The notes under the pieces were generated by a model. That model had not been told where the DNA came from. It saw only the letters and a program-made list of their open reading frames with translations, and did not search any database. Of a DNA stretch of 64,000 bases, positions 29,348-40,596 are shown one piece after another. The DNA lies in the NCBI GenBank assembly GCA_963838125.1, contig CAWIPT010000004.1, forward strand, positions 10,232 through 74,231, in the 5' to 3' direction. Every line of letters begins with the position of its first letter. Within the stretch, counting starts at the first letter, position 1. This stretch comes from an uncultured Chloroflexia bacterium. Lineage in GTDB: Bacteria; Chloroflexota; Limnocylindria; QHBO01. The position numbers were made by a program, and so were the translations under genes.

Positions 29348-30286
29348 CCAGGGAAGACCACGCCCCTTTCGACCATATCGTCGAGTCATGGCTCGATTCG
29401 CCCGATGACTTCCTCGATCCGGACACCGTCCTGGACCGAGTGATGGCACAGGTCGATACGAGGACGCAACGCCGGGCTCGCTGGCCCGAGTGGAGGATCC
29501 CGCCCATGAACAAGATCGTTACCATCGGCCTCGGCGCAGCTGCCGTGGTCGTGGTGCTCCTCGTCGGTTCCAACCTGCTCAGGTCCTCCAGCCCGCCGCC
29601 GGGCGGGGCGCCGTCCGAATCGGCTGCGCCGTCCGAGGCACCCTCATCGGTCAAGCCGTCAAGCTCAGGCGACGGCAGCCTGCCGGTTGGCCTCCACGTC
29701 ATGAACCTCGATTACGGCTTGAACGAAGCTAGGGCGACGATGACCATTCCCGCCCCGGGCTGGTTCGCGGAATCGGACGGAGAGATCGGTGACCAAGGAT
29801 CTCGGGGGAGACGACCGCGTGACGGTGGTGGCTGTCCCCAATGATTACTACCGGGTGCCACTGAACATCTGCAACTGGCGAGAACCAAAGTAATGAAGGG
29901 AGCCGAGGCGCCGACACGGTCGACGAGCTCGCGGCGTATCTCGCGGAGCAGACCTATGACACGCCAGAGGGATCGCTCACTTGGGAGCTTTCGACCCCGG
30001 TGGACATCACCATCGACGGATATCCCGGTCAATCGATGACAGGTGTCGTGCCGGTTTTCCCCCCGGTGGCTGCGATGAGCAGCGGTTCTGCAGCATGCTT
30101 GACCGGGACAGCGCTCAGTGCCTGCTGTCCCACCTTGAGCCGAATGCGCTTATCACGCTATGGATCGTGGACCTGGGTGATTCCCGCCTGCGGGTCGTCG
30201 CCGCGTCCTATTGGCCGACGACGAGTACCGAGCTTCTCGCCGAAATGAACGCCATTGTCGACTCGATGACCTTCCCCCGCGATTAG
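29344..30286 (+). CDS. Single-TM anti-sigma-like protein (islet cargo), frameshifted
   Basis: ATGA-coupled to the sigma gene; short cytoplasmic N-terminus (PDTVLDRVM), TM IGLGAAAVVVVLLVG, P/S linker, C-terminal LWIVDLG..LRVV..IVDSMTF spread over several frames. Confidence 0.65.
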
Positions 30287-30321
30287 CCCGGCGCTCGAAC
30301 GGCACCCTACACTCCGTGCCG

Positions 30322-30524
30322 ATGGGACGAGCTGACACCTGGCTGTCATCGGCGACCTCGATCACGCGCCCAGCGAGTGGTGCTGGAGGAGCTCGAGGCC
30401 GAGATCAACCAGATCAAGCGGGCCGCCGGCTTCCACCACGTTCCCGACCACGGAGCGCTGGCGACCTGACCCGGCCCAGCTCACCATCGAGGCCTGGAAG
30501 CGACGGAACAAGCTCGTCCGCTGA
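30322..30524 (+). CDS. Possible small protein, frameshifted
   Basis: TACACT box before ATG 30322; coding-like fragments VVLEELEAEINQIKRAAGF and ERWRPDPAQLTIEAWKRRNKLVR-stop lie in different frames. Confidence 0.3.
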
Positions 30525-30535
30525 GAGCTGGCGGG

Positions 30536-30554
30536 GGGTGCTAACTGGGGTACT
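30536..30554. repeat. Putative integrase arm-type site, right end
   Basis: GGGTGCTAACTGGGGTACT matches 28671-28689 at 14/19 positions, and all mismatches are transitions. Confidence 0.5.
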
Positions 30555-30612
30555 CGCCGGAAAACGAAGAGACCCCGGACTGCTCCGAGAGATCGATTCG
30601 TGCTCAGAATGT

Positions 30613-30687
30613 TGGCTGGGGCGGAAGGATTCGAACCTTCGATCTCCTGATCCAGAGTCAGGCGCCTTACCACTTGGCCACACCCCA
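30613..30687 (-). tRNA. tRNA-Gln (anticodon CTG)
   Basis: TGGGGTGTGGCCAAGTGGTAAGGCGCCTGACTCTGGATCAGGAGATCGAAGGTTCGAATCCTTCCGCCCCAGCCA: cloverleaf, TTCGAAT T-loop, encoded CCA. Confidence 0.97.
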
Positions 30688-30878
30688 GCGAGGCCGGCCG
30701 ATTCTAACAAAGCGCCTTCGCCGGACCCGATCGGCCCATACGGGTCCCGGGTGCCGATCGTCCCGTCACCCGTAGCCCGAGAGGGCGACTACGCCTCGCC
30801 CGGCGAGGTGGGTAGGGTCATGGTCGCTGATCTGAAGCATCCGAATATCGAGGAGATGGAAGGGGGGTCCTGCGCACC

Positions 30879-31223
30879 ATGACGACTTCTGTGGAGCCCC
30901 AGACCTGGCGCCGCTACGGCTTCGGGGGACCGCCAGAGCCCTGGCCACGAGACGCCCAGCGAGACCTGGATCGGCTGGCGACCTCGTATTACGTCGACGT
31001 TCTCGAGTTCCGGCGCATGGCGCTGGCCGCCGAGGACCAGCCGCCGCCCGAGGTCGAAGAGCTGTTCATGCTCGCGACCCGGCACAAGCAGGAGCTGGAC
31101 TTCACGCTCCGCTACTGGGCCACGCCCGCCGAGCGAGCGCGTGCCGAGGACCGGCTGGGATCGCTCATGCGGATCGCCCGCCGGCTGCGCGACATCGCCG
31201 AGACGGTTCCAGAGCCCGCCTAG
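30879..31223 (+). CDS. Hypothetical protein
   Basis: 114-aa ORF with strong GC3 bias that fills the gap; no recognised motif. Confidence 0.7.
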   Translation: MTTSVEPQTWRRYGFGGPPEPWPRDAQRDLDRLATSYYVDVLEFRRMALAAEDQPPPEVEELFMLATRHKQELDFTLRYWATPAERARAEDRLGSLMRIARRLRDIAETVPEPA

Positions 31224-31232
31224 ACTGCGGGG

Positions 31233-32232
31233 GTGGTCGCACCCCCACTCCCGACGGCCCTGGATGTTCTCCGCGCGCGACGCCGCATCGGTGACGCCGC
31301 CAGCCGCACGCCGCTGATCGGCTCCCTGCCCCTCGCACAGGCTGCCAAGGCCGCCGAGATCCGCCTGAAGCTGGAGAACCTCCAGCCCACCGGCTCGTTC
31401 AAGGTCCGCGGCGCCGAGTCGGCGGTCGCTGCCGTCGCGGCGGTGGGCAGCGGAGCGCGGCTCGTCACCGCCAGCAGCGGAAACCACGGAATCGCGGTGG
31501 CGCGGGCAGCCGCCCGCCATGGCCTGCCGGTCACCATTCTCGTCGGCGGATCGGTTTCGCCAGCCAAGCTCGAGCGCCTGCGCGAGCTCGAAACAGACCG
31601 ATGCACGGTCGAGATCTTCGGCCGCGACACCGATGACACCGAGCCGGAGGCGCGACGGCGCCACGGGCTGGGGGCGGCCGTCTACATCTCGCCGTACAAC
31701 GACCCGAACGTGGTGGCCGGGCAGGGGACGGTCGGAGTCGAGATCCTCGAGGACTGGCCCGACGTCGACACGATCGTGGTCCCGATCGGGGGCGGCGGGC
31801 TCATCGGCGGCATCGGCCTGTGGGTGAAGACCATCAGCCCCACCGTACGAATGGTCGGCGTCCAGCCGGAGGCCTCGCCACCGATGTACGCGTACCTGGG
31901 CACCGGCAGCGCGAAGCAGGTCGCCATCGGGCCAACCCTGGCCGATGGAGTGGCCGGCAACATCGAGCGCGGCTCGATCACCCTGCGCCTGGCGAAGCGG
32001 TTGGTGGACGAGGTGGTGGTCGTGGACGAGGACGCCATCGCGGCCGCGATGCGCTGGGCGTGGAGCGGCCCCCGCCATCGGTTGGAGGGAAGCGGGGCGC
32101 TTGGGCATCGCCGCCGTCCAGGCGGGGAAGCTCGGCTCGCTGGCCGACCGCCGGGTCGCGGTGGTCGTGACCGGCGGCAACGTGGACGGGTCTATCTTCG
32201 AATCGGTGGTCACCGGTAGCATGGACGCATGA
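31233..32232 (+). CDS. PLP-dependent threonine/serine dehydratase family protein, frameshifted near the C-terminus
   Basis: KLENLQPTGSFKVRG, ASSGNHG, PIGGGGL, TLADG; VVVTGGNVD lies in a shifted frame. Confidence 0.85.
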
Positions 32233-32774
32233 CGGCCAATCGCCAGGCGCCGCAGGGGGTTGTCCTGGGCGGGCTGCTCATCGTCATCGGTCTGTCGGTC
32301 ATCGCCGTTCGCTACCTGGACCTGTTTGCCGGCGAGGACATCTGGCCCCTGTTCATCATCGGTCCGGGACTGCTCGTCCTCGTCCTCGGGCTGTTCCTGC
32401 CCAACAGCGGGATGACCATCGGCGGGTCGGTGGTGACGACCATCGGGCTCATCCTCGCCTGGCAGAACCAGACCGGCCTGTGGGCGACCTGGGCCTGGGT
32501 GTGGGCGCTCATCCCGACGGCCTCCGGCGTCGGCTCACTGCTGGCCGGGCTCCGGGTCGGTGACCGGGGGATGCGAGATGCCGGCCTGTGGCAGATCGTC
32601 ATCGGCCTGGCCTTGCTCGCCGTCTTCTACGTGTTCTTCGAGCAGTTCATCGGGCTGTCCGGCGGCCTGGTGCCGGTGCCGGAGTGGGCCATGCCCGTGG
32701 TCCTCGTCGCCCTCGGCGTCCTGATCCTCATACGCGGATTCTTCGGGCCGCGGGAGACTGAACAGCCGGCTTGA
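32229..32774 (+). CDS. Polytopic membrane protein (LiaI/LiaF-like)
   Basis: About six TM segments, WPLFII motif. Confidence 0.7.
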   Translation: MTANRQAPQGVVLGGLLIVIGLSVIAVRYLDLFAGEDIWPLFIIGPGLLVLVLGLFLPNSGMTIGGSVVTTIGLILAWQNQTGLWATWAWVWALIPTASGVGSLLAGLRVGDRGMRDAGLWQIVIGLALLAVFYVFFEQFIGLSGGLVPVPEWAMPVVLVALGVLILIRGFFGPRETEQPA

Positions 32775-32816
32775 GCCTTCATTTCCGGCGGCCGCGTCCG
32801 GGGCTACGATTCCGTT

Positions 32817-35800
32817 GTGCCTGAGGTCGAGCCAGCGAGCGAGGAACGCAAGCTCGCCACCATCCTGTTCGCCGACCTGGTCGGCTCGACCGCGCTCGCC
32901 GATGAGGAGGACCCGGAGCGGACGCGACTGGTCCTGAACCGTTTCTACGTCGCCATGGCCGAGGAGATCGAGCGCTGCGGGGGCACGGTCGAGAAATTCG
33001 TCGGCGACGCGGTGATGGCCGCGTTCGGAGCGCCGGCAGCGCTCGAGGACCACGCTGAACGGGCGTTGCACGCGGGCCTCGCAATGCAGCACCGCCTCAC
33101 CGAGGAGTTCGGGGAGCAGTTGGCTCTTCGGATCGGCGTCAACACCGGGAACGTCGTGGTCGGACGCCCTCGGGAGGGCAGCTCATTCGTCACAGGCGAC
33201 GCGGTCAACGTCGCCGCCCGGCTGGAGCAGGCTGCTGCGCCGGGAGAGATCCTGGCCGGAGAGCGGACGGTCACAGCCGCCGCGGGCGCGTTCGAGTTCG
33301 GCGATCCGGCGACCGTTGAGGCAAAGGGCAAACCCGGTGGGCTCGTCGCTCGCCGAGTGCTCCACGCCTTGACCCTCATGCGGCCGCGCGGGGTGCGCGG
33401 CCAGGCATCGGTCTTTGTCGGTCGGGAGGCCGAGTTCACCGAGCTGCAGGACCGATACGGCCGAGTGGCGGCCGAAGGGGAGGCGCACCTGGTGTCCATC
33501 CTCGGCGATGCCGGCGTGGGCAAGACGCGGCTCACGCGCGAGATGTGGAGATGGCTGAGCACTCTGGCGCCGGAGCCGATTCGCCGTACGGGGCGCACCC
33601 TGTCATACGGGCAGGGCACGACCTACTGGCCGCTTGGTGAGGTGCTCAAGGAGCACTTCGGGATGGCCGAGAGCGACCCGCCCGAGGCGGTCGCGGCAGC
33701 CCTGGCCGATCGACCATACCTGGGCCTGACCCTTGGTCTGGCCCCCGAGGAGGAGCTCCATCCTCTCGTGGCGCGCGAGCGCCTCCACGACGCCTGGGTC
33801 GACTTCCTGGGCGAGCTGGCCCGCGAGCGCCCGGTTGTTCTCCTGCTCGAGGATATGCACTGGGCCGAGGACGAGCTGTGCGACCTCATCGACACGCTGG
33901 TCGCCCAGGTCCAGGGGCCGCTGCTGGTCCTGGTCACCGCCCGCCCCGAGATGCTCGACCGCCGCCCGGCATGGGGAGGAGCCTGGCACCGCACCTCGGC
34001 CATGCGTCTCGAGGCATTGCCAGCAACCGACAGTGATCGACTGGTGGCCGGGCTGCTGGGGGCCGACGCCCCGGCTGCGATCCGCGAGCTGGTGGTGGAG
34101 CGTGCTGAGGGCAACCCGTTCTTCGTGGAGGAGCTGGTGGGGACCCTGATCGATCGAGGCGTCCTGTCACGCCGAAACGGCAGCTGGGCGTTCGGGGAGC
34201 TCCCGAAGGGGTTCCATGTCCCCGACTCGATCCAGGCCGTTCTGGCCGCGCGGATCGACCTGCTCCCAGAAGCCGAGAAGGCGGCCCTCCAGGCGGCATC
34301 GGTCATCGGGCGCACGTTCTGGACGGGGCCCGTGTACGAGCTGGTTGCCGGGGAGAGCCCCAACTTCGGTCTGCTCGAAGAGCGGGACTTCGTCCGACGT
34401 CGAGCCGGATCCTCGCTGGCCGGCGAGCGCGAGTACGTCATCAAGCACGCGCTGACCCGCGAGGTGGCATACGGGAGCCTGCCCAAGGCCGGCGAGCGCG
34501 GATGCACGCCGCGTTCGCCGCGTGGCTCGAGCGGAGCGCCGAGGGTCGCGACGAGATAGCCCCGTTGCTGGCCCACCACTATCTCGAGGCGGTTCGACCC
34601 GAGGACCAGGACCTCGCGTGGGCCGCCGAGGATGCGGAGGTGGAGCGGCTTCGGGCCGCGGCCGTTGCCTGGGCTCGTCGGGCGGCCGAGCTTGCGGTGG
34701 GCCGCTACGAGATCGACGACGCGCTGACGCTTCTCCGCCGAGCGGTCGAGCTGGAGCCGGATCCCGCCCAGCGGGCCGAGATGTGGTACGAGATCGGACA
34801 TGCCAGCGCGCTGAAGTACGACGGCGAGGGGTTCGTGGCAGCAATGGAGAAGGCGCTCGAGCTGGGCGCGCCCGAGGCCCTGGTGTATCCCGAGCTCGCC
34901 TTCCAGACTGTTCAACGCGCGGGCATGTGGCAGCGTCGCCTCGACGAAAGCATGGTGGACAGGCTGGATTGCGCGCGCCGCGGCGGTGGCACGCAGGCGG
35001 GCACGGCGGCGCACGTACGGTCGCTCGTGGCCCGAGCGCTATGGGACGACGATCTTGACGCGGCGCGATCAGCGCTCGCGGCCGCTGACGAGCTGGGCGA
35101 CGTCCAGCTCCGATCGGAAAGCATGGGTGCGGTACAAGCCGCGCTCCGAGAGACAGGCGAGCTGGATGAGGCGCTCGCTGTTGCGGTGGCCAGAGCCGAG
35201 CTCCTCCCGCTGATCACCGATCCCGATGAACTCGCCGACGCGCTGCTCAACAACGCGATTCTCTACGGGGGTTTCGCAAGGCTGTCTGACGCCCGGGCCA
35301 TGGTGGAACGCTTGGAGGAGACGAGCTCGGGCCTGACGTCACATCACCGGGTACACGCCCTCGGGATGCGGATGCGATTGGAGTGGGCCGTCGGCGCGTG
35401 GAATGCAGTTCGGGGGCTCGCCGGTCGTGCAGAGGAGACGGTCGAGGCCAACCTGGCAACCCCCTGCCCGTTCAACATCGGGCTGTTGCGCATGTCGGCG
35501 CTGGGCATGCTGCATGGCGGCGACGTGGATGAGGCAGCCCGGCTGGTGGCCAAGTCGGAGTCCATCGGGATGGTCGGCTACGAGGGGTTCCTCTCGGATA
35601 GCGCGATGGCTCTGGCCATCGCCCGCGGGGAGCGCGACGAACTGCAGGACATCGTGAATTCGGTCGAGCAGCGTTACTTCACGCCCGGCGCTTGGGAGCG
35701 ATGGGCTACGTTGCTGGACGGGCTCGCCATGCTTGGCGACCGGGAGCGGATCGAGGCCGATGCTCCGCAATGGATCCGCCCGGACTCGTATGTGGCCCCG

Positions 35801-35935
35801 TTCGCGGTTCGGGCCCTGGGCGTGGTCCGCCAGGACCGCGATCTGTTGGCCGATGCGATCGCGCGCTTCGAGGCGATGGGCCTGACGTGGCACGCGGAGC
35901 AGACGAGATTGATGGCGCAGGATCTGCCGGCATGA
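32817..35935 (+). CDS. Class III cyclase + AAA/STAND ATPase + TPR-like protein, frameshifted near 34500
   Basis: LFADLVGST, EKFVGDA, GDAVNVAARLEQ; GDAGVGKT, LEDMHWA, EGNPFFVEE, KHALTREVAY; helical C-terminus in ORF 34502-35935. Confidence 0.87.
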
Positions 35936-36526
35936 CCGATGTCGAGGTTCGGCCCCTCACCACGGAGCGCTGGAACGACCTGGTCGAGCTGTTCGGGCCA
36001 AGCGGCGCCTTCTCCAACTGCTGGTGCACGTGGTGGCGGCAGACCGGGGGCGAGTTCGAGCGCGGCATCCGCTCCAAAGGCGCCGGCAACAAGGCCCTCC
36101 TCCACGAGCTGACCGAACGGCAATCGGCAGCCCGGCTTGATGGCCTACCGCGACGACCGGCCAGTGGGCTGGATCAGCGTGGCTCCCCGGCCGGACTACG
36201 GGCGGGTCATACGCTCGCCGAGCATCGGTCCGGGCCGCCGGAGCCCCGAGGCGGCGGACGAGGGAGTGTGGTCGATCGTGTGCTTCTGGATGCCGCGGAA
36301 GGAGCGGGGTAAGGGCAATGCCATTGCCCTCCTGCGCGCGGCCATCGAGCACGCGCGGGCCGCGGGGGCTGATGTGCTCGAGGGCTACCCCATCGACACC
36401 GGAAGCGGCCGCAAGCCGGACCCGAACGTGTTCACCGGCACGCTCGCCATGTTCACCCGGGTCGGCTTCAACGAAGTGGAGCGGCGGGCCGAGGGCCGGC
36501 CCATCGTCCGTCTCCAGCTCCGCTAG
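35932..36526 (+). CDS. GNAT acetyltransferase, frameshifted
   Basis: ATGA-coupled to the cyclase gene; WNDLVELFG..CWC, VGWISVAPR, WSIVCF, RGKG, LEGYP, FTG. Confidence 0.82.
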
Positions 36527-36527
36527 C

Positions 36528-36839
36528 TCAGTCCACGTCCTGCCAGGCGACCTCGTGGTGCTCGACGAACGGCTCGAACTTGAGCAGGTAATCCGAATCC
36601 TCGGGGTAATACCTCGCCCGCTCGGGCTCGTCCCCCGCGAACGAGCGAATGGCGTCCATGGAGTCCCACAGGGTGAGCACGGTGAACTCGGCAGCGCCTT
36701 CCGTTTCGCGGCGAAGCACGAGGACTCCGCGATTGCCGGCGGTGGCGCGATAGTCCGCCAGACCGGTGTCCTTCAGGACCGCGAGGTACTCGTCGGATCG
36801 GGTGGCGAGGGTCCGCCCCCGCCAGATTCGGGCGATCAT
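36528..36839 (-). CDS. Antibiotic biosynthesis monooxygenase (ABM)-like small protein
   Basis: AGGAGG RBS; MIARIWRGRT...LWDSMDAIRSFAG..ARYYPED. Confidence 0.8.
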   Translation of the reverse strand: MIARIWRGRTLATRSDEYLAVLKDTGLADYRATAGNRGVLVLRRETEGAAEFTVLTLWDSMDAIRSFAGDEPERARYYPEDSDYLLKFEPFVEHHEVAWQDVD

Positions 36840-36921
36840 ATGCAACCTCCTCCGGTTCGCTTGAGGGGCGAAACCATAGTCCTCGCAACCCGGACCCGGG
36901 CCGCCTCTATCCTTAGCGGAC

Positions 36922-39900
36922 ATGCCCGCTGACGACACCAACGGCCGCTCCCCGCTGGAGGACGCCCTCGAAGGGATGAACGCCGGCTACGTGGCGGCGG
37001 TCTACGAGCAGTACCGATCCGACCCGGCCAGCGTCGAACCGGAGTGGCGGCGGCTGTTCGACGCGGGGCTCGAAGGGTTCGAGCCGGTCCGCCCTCCGAC
37101 GCCGGCCGCGCCGTCCTCAACCGCGCCATCCTCGCCAGCGTCCGAGGGCGACGAATCCCGTCGCCTCCGGGCGCCACGCCGCTCCGCGGGCCCGCCGCTC
37201 GACTCGCCGCCAACATGACCGCCTCGCTGGCGGTTCCCACCGCCACCTCGTTCCGCGAGGTCCCGGTCGGCGTCCTCGAGAGCCAGGCGACGGCAGCTGA
37301 ACGAGGCGATCGCGCCGAGGAAGGTCGAGCTTCACCCACCTCGTCGGGTTCGCCCTCGCCCGCGCCGCGGCGGAGCAGCCGGGCATGACCCGCGCGTTCG
37401 CCGAGGTCGGCGGGGCCGCGCACGTCATCGACCCGGGTGCCGTCAACCTGGGCCTGGCCGTGGACGTGGAGCGGCCCGACGGCAGCCGCTTCCTGGTCGT
37501 GCCGGTCATCCGCGGCGCGCAGGGCCTGGATTTCGCGGCTTTCCACTCGCGATACGAGGAGCTGGTGGCCGGCGCGCGGGACGGCAGCCTGGGCCCCGAC
37601 GACTACGTGGGCGCGACCATGACCCTCACCAACCCGGGCACGCTGGGGACCACGGCCTCGGTCCCGCGACTGATGCCCGGACAGGGGTGCATCGTGGCCA
37701 CCGGCGCGATCCGGGACGTCGGCGACGCGCGAGTGATGACCCTCACATCGACCTACGACCACCGGGTCATCCAGGGAGCGGAGTCGGGCGCCTTCCTCCG
37801 CCGCGTCGACGGCGCTGCTGGACGGTGCGGACGGCTTCTACGACGCCGTGGCGACCAGCCTGGACGCCGGCGCGCTGCCAGCGCTGGCCGTTGCACCTGC
37901 GGCACCCGCGGGAGCCGCCTCCGCAGCCGTTTCAGCCGAGCCCGCCCAGCCCGCCGCCCCAGTGGTGGCCGGCCCGGCAGGCCCATCGGTCACCGTTTCA
38001 GGGGCCGACCTGGGTCGGATGGCCTCCGCCATGGCGCTGGTCGATGCCTATCGGCTGTACGGCCACCTCGCGGCCCAGCTCGACCCACTTGGCACAGCCC
38101 CGCCCGGCGACCCTGCCCTGGACCCGGCGTTTCACGGCCTCGACCAGCAGGCGATGGACCGCATTCCCGGCGACCTGCTCCGCGTCCACGTCGGCGGCGA
38201 CACGCTGGCCGAGGTCCTCGTTCGGTTGCAGGCCACCTACAGCGGGACGATCGCGTACGAGGTCGAGCACATCGCCAACCACGCCGAGCGCACCTGGCTG
38301 CGGGAGGCCATCGAGTCAGGGCGCCATCGGACCCCGCTCAAGCGCAAGGAGCAGAAGCGCCTGCTCTCCCGGTTGACGGAAGTGGAGGGTCTCGAGCACT
38401 TCCTGCACAAGGCCTATCTCGGGCAGAAGCGGTTCAGCATCGAGGGTCTCGACGCGATGGTCCCGATGCTGGACCTCGTCCTGGAGCTGGCGGCCGAGGG
38501 CGGGACCAAGCGGGCGGTCATGGGGATGGCCCACCGCGGGCGGCTGAACGTGCTGACCCACATCGTCGGGCTGCCGGTGAAGTCGGTGCTCGCCGAGTTC
38601 GAGGCCGGGAAGGGTGCGCGGGCGCCGACCGAGGACCGTGAGATCGATGACGTGAAGTACCACCTCGGGGCGACCGGCACGCACGAGACGCGGCAGGGCG
38701 ACGTGGCGGTCACGCTCATGCCGAATCCGTCGCACCTGGAGGCCGTGAACCCGGTGGTCGAGGGCCGGGCCCGGGCCGAGCAGGCGGACCACCGCGGGCC
38801 GGAGGTCAAGCTCGACACCCGCCGCACGGTGCCGATCCTCATCCACGGGGATGCCGCCTTTGCCGCGCAGGGCGTGGTGGCCGAGACCTTCAACCTGTCC
38901 CGGCTGGATGGCTACGTCAACGGCGGCACGGTCCACATCATCGCGAACAACCAGATCGGGTTCACGACGGCACCCGGCCGATGCGCGGAGCACGACGTGG
39001 GCCTCCGACCTGGCGAAGGGCTTCGACGTGCCGATCATCCACGTCAACGCCGACGACCCCGAGGCCTGCCTCGACGCGGTTCGGCTGGCGATGGCCTACC
39101 GGACCAAGTTCCACGGGGAGGTGGTCATCGACCTGGTCGGCTACCGCCGCTACGGCCATAACGAGGCCGATGAGCCCTCGTACACCCAGCCCGGGATGTA
39201 CGACCGCATCGCTCGCCAGGCCCCGGTCCGGTCCGTGTACGCCGAGCGACTGGTGGCGGCGGAGGTCGTGTCCGTCAAGCAGGCCACCGAGCTGGTGGAC
39301 GAGGTGCGCCGCGACCTGACCGCGGCCCAGGCTGCGGTCCGCAAGGCGCACGCCGAGCCGCCGCTCGATCGAGGCGCGGAGGCCATCGAGAGCGAGAGCC
39401 CGGACGAGCCCCCGACCGGGGTGGGGATGGACGTCCTGCTCGCTCTCAACGAGCAGGTCCATGCCGTGCCGAACGGCTTCACCGTCCATCCCAAGCTCGT
39501 GCGCCAGATCGCTCGGCGGCGAGAGGCCATCGGGTCGGATGATGCGGGCGTCGAATGGGGGCACGCCGAGACCCTGGCGTTCGCCTCGCTGCTCCGCGAT
39601 GCGGTGCCGATCCGGCTCACCGGCCAGGACACCGTTCGCGGCACCTTCAGCCAGCGGCACCAGGTGCTGGTGGACGTCTCGACCGATGAACCCTGGACTC
39701 CGCTCCATCACATCGAGGGCGGGCGCGCCAGCTTCGAGATCCACAACTCCCCCCTGAGCGAGTACGCGTGCCTGGGCTTCGAGTATGGCTATGCGGTCAC
39801 CGTGCCGGATGCGCTGGTGCTGTGGGAGGCGCAGTTCGGCGACTTCGTGAACGGTGCCGAGATCGTGGTCGACCAGTTCATCATCGCCGGCCTGGCCAAA

Positions 39901-40587
39901 TGGCGGCAGACATCGCGCCTGACGCTTCTGCTGCCTCACGGCTACGAAGGACAGGGCCCCGAGCACTCGAGCGCACGGCTGGAACGGTTCCTGGCCCTCG
40001 GCGCGGAGGGCAACATCCGGGTCGCCTACCCCACCACCTCGGCGCAGTATTTCCACCTCCTCCGCCGGCAGGGCCTGCATCAGGAGCTGCGTCCCCTGGT
40101 GGTGATGACCCCCAAGTCGCTCCTGCGCCTGCCCGACGCTGCGTCGCGACCGTCCGAGCTGGCGGGAGGCGCCTGGGCACCGGTCATCGACGATCCGCAG
40201 CGCCAGACCGATGCGGCGGCAGCGGCCGTGCGCCGGATCATCCTGTGCAGTGGCAAGGTCTACTACGACCTCGCCCTGTCCGAGGCCCGGGCCGCCGCCG
40301 CCGACGTGGCCGTCATCCGGGTCGAGCAGCTGTACCCCTTCCCCACCGAGACCCTGGCTGGCGTCCTGGCCCGGTACACCAAGATGCGCCGCGTGAGCTG
40401 GATCCAGGAGGAGCCGCGGAACATGGGTGCCCGCAAGTTCGTCCTGCCCAAGATTCGCTCCATCGTCGCCGCCCGGATCCCGCTGGGCGACGTGTCCCGC
40501 CCCGAGCGCTCGCGCCCGGCCGAGGGGTACCCAGCCGCGCACGCCGCCGAGCAGGCGCGCATCGTGCGGGACTCGTTCGCTCCGTAG
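36922..40587 (+). CDS. sucA: Multifunctional 2-oxoglutarate dehydrogenase/decarboxylase with a fused acyltransferase domain (Kgd/OdhA type), multiply frameshifted
   Basis: N-terminal NAGYV..YEQY..DPASV; E2-like TNPGTLGT..SVPRL and TYDHRVIQGAESG; E1 KRFSIEG, GMAHRGRLN, HGDAAF, GYRRYGHNE, WEAQFGDF, GPEHSSARLERFL. Confidence 0.9.
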
Positions 40588-40596
40588 GCCTCTGGG

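Larger units (their letters stand above)
28587..30611. mobile_element. Integrase-less genomic islet inserted in tRNA-Gln
   Basis: Bounded by the 48-bp direct repeat; arm-like repeats at both ends; cargo is an ECF sigma, an anti-sigma-like gene and a possible small ORF. Confidence 0.8.

Noticed and set aside
28587-30611. Prophage or integrase gene inside the islet
   Set aside because: No recognisable tyrosine or serine recombinase motifs or phage genes in the ORF track frames.
36922-39000. Programmed frameshifting or phase variation in kgd and other split genes
   Set aside because: Several scattered shifts without an evident common slippery motif or repeat tract; assembly error is more parsimonious.
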